From UHGV virus genome UHGV-0065784: DNA of 22,875 nucleotides. One strand, 5' to 3'. The notes beneath the pieces were generated by a model. The model was given only the letters and a program-made list of their open reading frames with translations, made no database searches and was not told where the DNA came from. Positions within the stretch are counted from its first letter, which is position 1; each line of letters begins with the position of its first letter. This DNA comes from a virus. The position numbers and the translations under genes are program-made. This document shows, piece by piece, positions 18,860 to 22,875 of this stretch.

Positions 18860-20272
18860 TTACCAACCGGAGGATGAGGGAACGTATATTTCTGTTTCTT
18901 CGCGGACCAATGCCGGGCAATGCATACACATCATCAGCGCATCAGCCAGGTTAGGAGATGGAATACCGAGCTTCTGCTTCATTTCGACCTTAGTCATAAG
19001 CTCCAGCTTCCCGTTGTTATTGAATTTGCGCTGAATCTGCGTAAGTTCTGCAAACAGCTTCTCCAGCATCTTCTCGCCTATCGCTTCTTTGTCGAAACTC
19101 AGCATGTCGTCTGGGTCTGCATACTCACCGTGAACAACCGCCCGATATGTCAGATACAGCCTGTCAGCCAGCGCGTAATAGAATTGCGCTCGCTTATTGC
19201 GGAATACATCGCCAATAGTGCGAACGTTGTCGCCATGTACGACTTCATCAGCCCATGCTCCGGCCTGATAAGGCGCATCTTCATCGAATGGCGATTCGCT
19301 GCCCTTAAACATCGTGGCGGTGATTTTCTTACCGGAGAATGCTTCCGTTGTCTGTCTGCGTAGCCCGGCACCAACACCATCACCATCCCACAGGTAATGG
19401 TCAGCACCGTCTTCAATCGCCAGCGAAGTAGCCCAGTCAGCACCCTCGTTGATGTCCATCAGCAGACCTTCGGCAATGCGCTTAACCACCGAACCGTGAC
19501 GCGATGCGTAACCTTTAGCATCTGGCCCTGTATCTGACGGGTCATGTGCAGAAACAACAGCGCCTTTCGCTTTCCATCCGAGTTTCTTGTGCACATCGGT
19601 TGCGGCTTCAAGCCATTCACGTTTGATGATTGCCATATCACTTGCGCTTACTGGCTCACCAAGCCAGATATGACGATACAGTGTCGGATTTCTGCGTTTG
19701 CACTCTTCCATCTCCAGACGGAGAACTTCAGGAAAGTGCGGGTTGTCGGTGTAGTTCACCGTCAGCAGACAAATATCATCGGGAGGATTTACGACGAATC
19801 GCTGATAGGTATCGTCGAGTATGTTCTTCGGGTTAAAGCTCACCCATATTTCGGAAAACGGCTTGCGGATGGTTGGTATCAGGATATCCCATGATTCCTT
19901 CGTTACCGCTTCCGCTTCTTCCACCCAGCAGATATCAATACCTTCGAGCGATTTAATCTTCGTCGGGTTGTTTTTGATGCCGTAGAACATGAATTCAGCA
20001 TTCGTTCCTAGATGACGAATCATTGAACGCTGAATTTCAAACTCAGCCGAATACCCTTCCCGCTCTATGGTGTCTTCAAGCAACCGAATTACCGAATCGC
20101 TGATACTGTTTTGCAGCTCACGAGCGCAAAGTATGCGCACAGGCTGCCGACGCGCCGCTTCAACAAGCAGCCTAGCAATTGCCCATGACTTACCGCTACC
20201 TCGACCGCCTTTGGCGACTTTGTAGCGATGCGCCTCAATGAACGGTTCAAAGATAGGATTAATCGAGGTCAT
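18860..20272 (-). CDS. Terminase large subunit
   Basis: 470-aa ORF; Walker A KGGRGSGKS near the N-terminus; nuclease-domain acidic residues; ATGA overlap with TerS. Confidence 0.95.
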   Translation of the reverse strand: MTSINPIFEPFIEAHRYKVAKGGRGSGKSWAIARLLVEAARRQPVRILCARELQNSISDSVIRLLEDTIEREGYSAEFEIQRSMIRHLGTNAEFMFYGIKNNPTKIKSLEGIDICWVEEAEAVTKESWDILIPTIRKPFSEIWVSFNPKNILDDTYQRFVVNPPDDICLLTVNYTDNPHFPEVLRLEMEECKRRNPTLYRHIWLGEPVSASDMAIIKREWLEAATDVHKKLGWKAKGAVVSAHDPSDTGPDAKGYASRHGSVVKRIAEGLLMDINEGADWATSLAIEDGADHYLWDGDGVGAGLRRQTTEAFSGKKITATMFKGSESPFDEDAPYQAGAWADEVVHGDNVRTIGDVFRNKRAQFYYALADRLYLTYRAVVHGEYADPDDMLSFDKEAIGEKMLEKLFAELTQIQRKFNNNGKLELMTKVEMKQKLGIPSPNLADALMMCMHCPALVREETEIYVPSSSGW

Positions 20273-20694
20273 TTTCCGAATAGAGTGCTCATCGGTGATG
20301 TTTCAATCTGGATTGCGCCGCCGTCCTTACCGACAAGCTCGTTAGTTACCTTGTCGCCATACTTACGGGGATTCATTCGGGCCAGCGCCCATTTGCGGGT
20401 ATCAACGCGAAGTCTTGCCTTTGCCACCTCAGCAGCATCTGGAATCGCAGTGTCAGCAATTTCGAATATCTCTTCGAAAATAGAATCAGCTCGTGCCTCA
20501 GTTGCCTTCGCGTACTTGTCTCTAAATTCGTCATGCTCTGACAGCCAGCGAAATACAGTAGCCTTTGCTGGCATGCCGGGGCGCTTGCAAACCTTAACCA
20601 GACTTTCCCCGGAGGCAAGCAGCGCACAGATATCATCAGCCACCTCCGGCAGGTAATCCGAAGGGCGACCGACATTCTTTTTCTCAGTCGCCAT
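20269..20694 (-). CDS. Terminase small subunit, Sf6 gp1-like
   Basis: 141-aa ORF MATEKKNVGRPSDYLPEVADDICALLASGESLVKVCKRPGMPAKATVFRWL..., very close to my recollection of Sf6 gp1. Confidence 0.9.
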   Translation of the reverse strand: MATEKKNVGRPSDYLPEVADDICALLASGESLVKVCKRPGMPAKATVFRWLSEHDEFRDKYAKATEARADSIFEEIFEIADTAIPDAAEVAKARLRVDTRKWALARMNPRKYGDKVTNELVGKDGGAIQIETSPMSTLFGK

Positions 20695-20699
20695 ATTGA

Positions 20700-20771
20700 T
20701 TATTTCCCTTCTGCTTGCTTATCCCATTCATCGCGGAATTTGGATGGGTTGTCGAAACCTTGAGTTGCCAT
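20700..20771 (-). CDS. Candidate 23-codon micro-ORF (MATQGFDNPSKFRDEWDKQAEGK) wedged between the 80-aa gene and terS
   Basis: ATG 2 nt after the upstream stop with GGAG 7 nt upstream; stop 5 nt before the terS ATG. May be a coupling artefact rather than a gene. Confidence 0.25.
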   Translation of the reverse strand: MATQGFDNPSKFRDEWDKQAEGK

Positions 20772-20773
20772 GT

Positions 20774-21016
20774 TTATGCTCCGGTAGTGAACAGATCTAA
20801 CGCTTCCTTCGATTTACGCACCGCTTCGATAGTTCGGGTCGTGATATCTGAATTAGCGCCACCTGACTGGAAGTGAATTTTGAATAGCTCAAGCTTCAAC
20901 TCGTCAGTGCCGATGAATTGAAATGCTTCTTCTGCGGCTGCGTTCTGGTTCATGACCAGCTTGTAAATCTCTAACTGGAATTTCTGTTCTTCAGTCATGG
21001 GGGTAATCTCTACCAT
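20774..21016 (-). CDS. Hypothetical acidic 80-aa phage protein
   Basis: ORF with GGAG RBS 6 nt upstream of ATG; no family recognised. Confidence 0.6.
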   Translation of the reverse strand: MVEITPMTEEQKFQLEIYKLVMNQNAAAEEAFQFIGTDELKLELFKIHFQSGGANSDITTRTIEAVRKSKEALDLFTTGA

Positions 21017-21119
21017 TGTTGGCTCCGTTTATCCGTTAAAAGGGATATCAGTTAAGTTATCCCGTGTAGGGTATAAGCCATTATCAAAGCCACTCAGTAA
21101 GGAATGGCTTTTGTAATAA

Positions 21120-21419
21120 CTACTGTTCGCTTAGCTTCTGCTTCAGCAAGTAACCTTCGAGCATCCAGATTTTGTTTACAGCATTCTGCCGGGCAATCTT
21201 CCGACCAATTTCTGCATCAAAGTTTTCCGGGCTTGCACAGGCACTCTCCCCGGTGACGGTGAAGCCATTCTTCAGCACCAGTACGCAGAAAGTGAGCAAC
21301 TTCAATGGTGATAAATCACGATCGCCTTCTTCTGGTTTTTCCCTGCCACAATATTCGTTGCTGGAAATGGCACCATTTCGTCCATCATAAGCAGTAAAGT
21401 AATGCTCGCTTTTAATCAC
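21120..21419 (-). CDS. Gp49-like (N4 Gp49 / Sf6 gene 66 family) protein; probable true start at ATG 21501 with an apparent frameshift in a T6/A6 run
   Basis: C-terminal region LTFCVLVLKNGFTVTGESACASPENFDAEIGRKIARQNAVNKIWMLEGYLL matches my recollection of this family; the frame is open and protein-like for 26 codons upstream of the GTG called by the ORF track. Confidence 0.65.
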   Translation of the reverse strand: MIKSEHYFTAYDGRNGAISSNEYCGREKPEEGDRDLSPLKLLTFCVLVLKNGFTVTGESACASPENFDAEIGRKIARQNAVNKIWMLEGYLLKQKLSEQ

Positions 21420-21734
21420 GTCTTCGATGTGCTGCGGGGTGATTCGCGGTGCCGTTTTGCCTTTCTCAACGATTTCTTTTTTCGATTTGATGGTTGTTCA
21501 TAATTATGACCCTGTAGAGTAGTTGCTTGATTAGGATGTCTTTCCATCAGTCCGCCACCACAAAGAATCTTTTTTGCCATAAGGCTGGAGGTTCATCTTT
21601 CAGTGGCTGCCAGTGTTATTTCCCCACTTACTGGCTTGGGTTGCTTCGTGGTACTGCCGTAACTGGTTGCCAAGAATAAATTCCGGTTTCATTATCAAGC
21701 CCACCCGTAGATGGGCTTTGTAATGCCTACATGG

Positions 21735-22214
21735 TTAAATGATTTGCCAGTCTTCAGCCATCAGGTCGCCAATGGATGGAACCCATGTAGCAAGGCGGCT
21801 CTGTGAGTTTTTCAATACAAGCGTGTCATTGAAAGTTGGCTCGCCAACATATTCGCCAAAGCCATAACCCAACGCAGACGCTAATTTTTCCCCTTTCACG
21901 AGATAAACAAACTGGTCTTTCCCATTCCATCCTGCCCGCTGCAAACTTTTGCCCTGTTTTAACGCTTCCATGGCAAGGCCGAAACTTAGTCCTGATACCG
22001 GACGATAAGCCTTTTCGAATACTTCTTTTGGACTCCAACTAACGTAGCCATCAAAGCGATCGGTGTTAGGTTTTCCGCCATCCAGATATTCAACCAGATA
22101 GCCTTCGTCCTCGCCGTTTTCTCCGGCAGGAAGCTGCCAGCCACGAAAATCGTTATATGCCTGTCTCGTCATCGGAAAGGCGTTAATCAGTTTTACGCCA
22201 ATATGCTGGGTCAT
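21735..22214 (-). CDS. Two-part protein whose C-terminal half resembles DUF2829 (Tad2-type anti-Thoeris sponge family)
   Basis: 159-aa ORF; C-terminal motifs FGLAMEALKQGKSLQRAGWNGKDQFVYLV and ...WVPSIGDLMAEDWQII resemble what I remember of DUF2829; located between the lysis cassette and terminase, a typical moron site. Confidence 0.6.
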   Translation of the reverse strand: MTQHIGVKLINAFPMTRQAYNDFRGWQLPAGENGEDEGYLVEYLDGGKPNTDRFDGYVSWSPKEVFEKAYRPVSGLSFGLAMEALKQGKSLQRAGWNGKDQFVYLVKGEKLASALGYGFGEYVGEPTFNDTLVLKNSQSRLATWVPSIGDLMAEDWQII

Positions 22215-22434
22215 AAAATTACCTATGGAGTTGGGAATAAAAAGCCCCGCGAATGCGAGGCTAAATCCTGGTTTTGTGATGACTGGCTCTTATCTCAACG
22301 CAGCCCCTTACCGCGCGCCAGATGCTCAATATCAAGCATCAGCAATGAGATATTTAATCTGGATTCACTCCAGAAGTGATCACCACCCTGTCTACAGAGC
22401 CAGATGTGAAGGATGATGAGTAAAATTATCGCTA

Positions 22435-22875
22435 TCATCGAAGGCATTGCGTCCTGATGTACTCCTGAAGCGTTCTCAGTGCTGTTTGGTCGCGGATAAT
22501 TCCGTCCCGGACACCGAGAACGTTTCGTCCAGCAACTGGAGAGAGTTCGACGGTGGCATCATTGCCCATGCCGGAGGCGCTGGAGGTTTCGGCTGAGGAT
22601 GGCACAGGGCATTTTCCTTTGACGAGCACCCTGCCACCATTATCAAGCTTGCGCCGAAGAGCATCATTTTCAGCTTTCGCATCAGCTAACTCCTTCGTGT
22701 ATTTAGCATCGAGTGCATCAGCAGTACGCTGGCGCTGCTGCATGTCAGTAATGGTGGCGGCCGCCTGCTTCAGCTCACTGACTTTTTTATCTCGCTGTTC
22801 TTTGTAGGCGATGGCGTTATCACGGTAGTGATTAACAGCCCATGACAGGCAAACGATGATGCAGATAACCAGAGC
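22435..22875 (-). CDS. Rz: Rz i-spanin, 5' end beyond window
   Basis: Frame is open to the window edge; peptide ...[33 protein letters not shown]... matches lambda Rz closely; N-terminal TM segment visible in translation of 22744-22875. Confidence 0.85.
   Translation of the reverse strand, partial: ALVICIIVCLSWAVNHYRDNAIAYKEQRDKKVSELKQAAATITDMQQRQRTADALDAKYTKELADAKAENDALRRKLDNGGRVLVKGKCPVPSSAETSSASGMGNDATVELSPVAGRNVLGVRDGIIRDQTALRTLQEYIRTQCLR
22476..22682 (-). CDS. Rz1: Rz1 o-spanin lipoprotein, embedded in the +1 frame of Rz
   Basis: 68-aa [24 protein letters not shown]... with lipobox VAGC and proline-rich stretch [11 protein letters not shown], like lambda Rz1. Confidence 0.8.
   Translation of the reverse strand: MRKLKMMLFGASLIMVAGCSSKENALCHPQPKPPAPPAWAMMPPSNSLQLLDETFSVSGTELSATKQH

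Noticed and set aside
18858-18929. Upstream 24-codon extension of the portal ORF (MYALPGIGPRRNRNIRSLILRLVN)
   Set aside because: It overlaps the 3' end of the terminase large subunit gene; the internal ATG at 18857 sits 2 nt after the TerL stop, as expected for coupled genes.
7255-20694. Numerous 60-150-aa ORFs on the plus strand across the structural module (e.g. 8129-8332, 10025-10285, 11647-11994, 16854-17306, 18920-19363, 19544-19894)
   Set aside because: All are antisense to, or frame-shifted within, long well-supported late genes; no independent signals.
22225-22416. 63-aa plus-strand ORF in the Rz-to-DUF2829 intergenic region
   Set aside because: Antisense to the late operon direction, no RBS, and it lies in what is more likely the 5' untranslated region of the DUF2829-like gene.
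1-22875. CRISPR arrays, tRNA or rRNA genes, and tRNA-type integration
   Set aside because: No regularly spaced direct repeats or cloverleaf-like segments were seen by eye, and the prophage end uses the lambda attB, not a tRNA; a tRNA/CRISPR scan was not run, so absence is not proven.

Overview
This window is the right-hand junction of a prophage sitting in the E. coli gal-bio region, read by eye from the sequence and the supplied ORF track (no searches were run). Positions 1-2085 are host: the 3' end of bioA, then a tnpB-only IS200/IS605-family element on the minus strand between bioA and ybhB, then ybhB. At 2176-2190 lies the lambda attachment core, with the B' arm on the ybhB side and a lambda-like P arm on the phage side, so this is an attR junction. 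From 2706 to the window end is a P22/Sf6-like podovirus late region on the minus strand, in canonical order: Rz/Rz1 (Rz truncated by the window), three small proteins, TerS, TerL, portal, scaffold, coat, gp4, gp10, gp26 needle, gp14, gp7, gp20, gp16, and a tailspike. Between gp16 and the tailspike is an AT-rich accessory island (5652-7254) holding an orphan Mnt-type repressor with a palindromic operator, a YjzC-like small protein, a 121-aa HExxH protein and a 3-TM membrane protein. The island and a DUF2829/Tad2-like protein near the lysis genes are the best candidates for new biology. No rRNA, tRNA or CRISPR array was seen.
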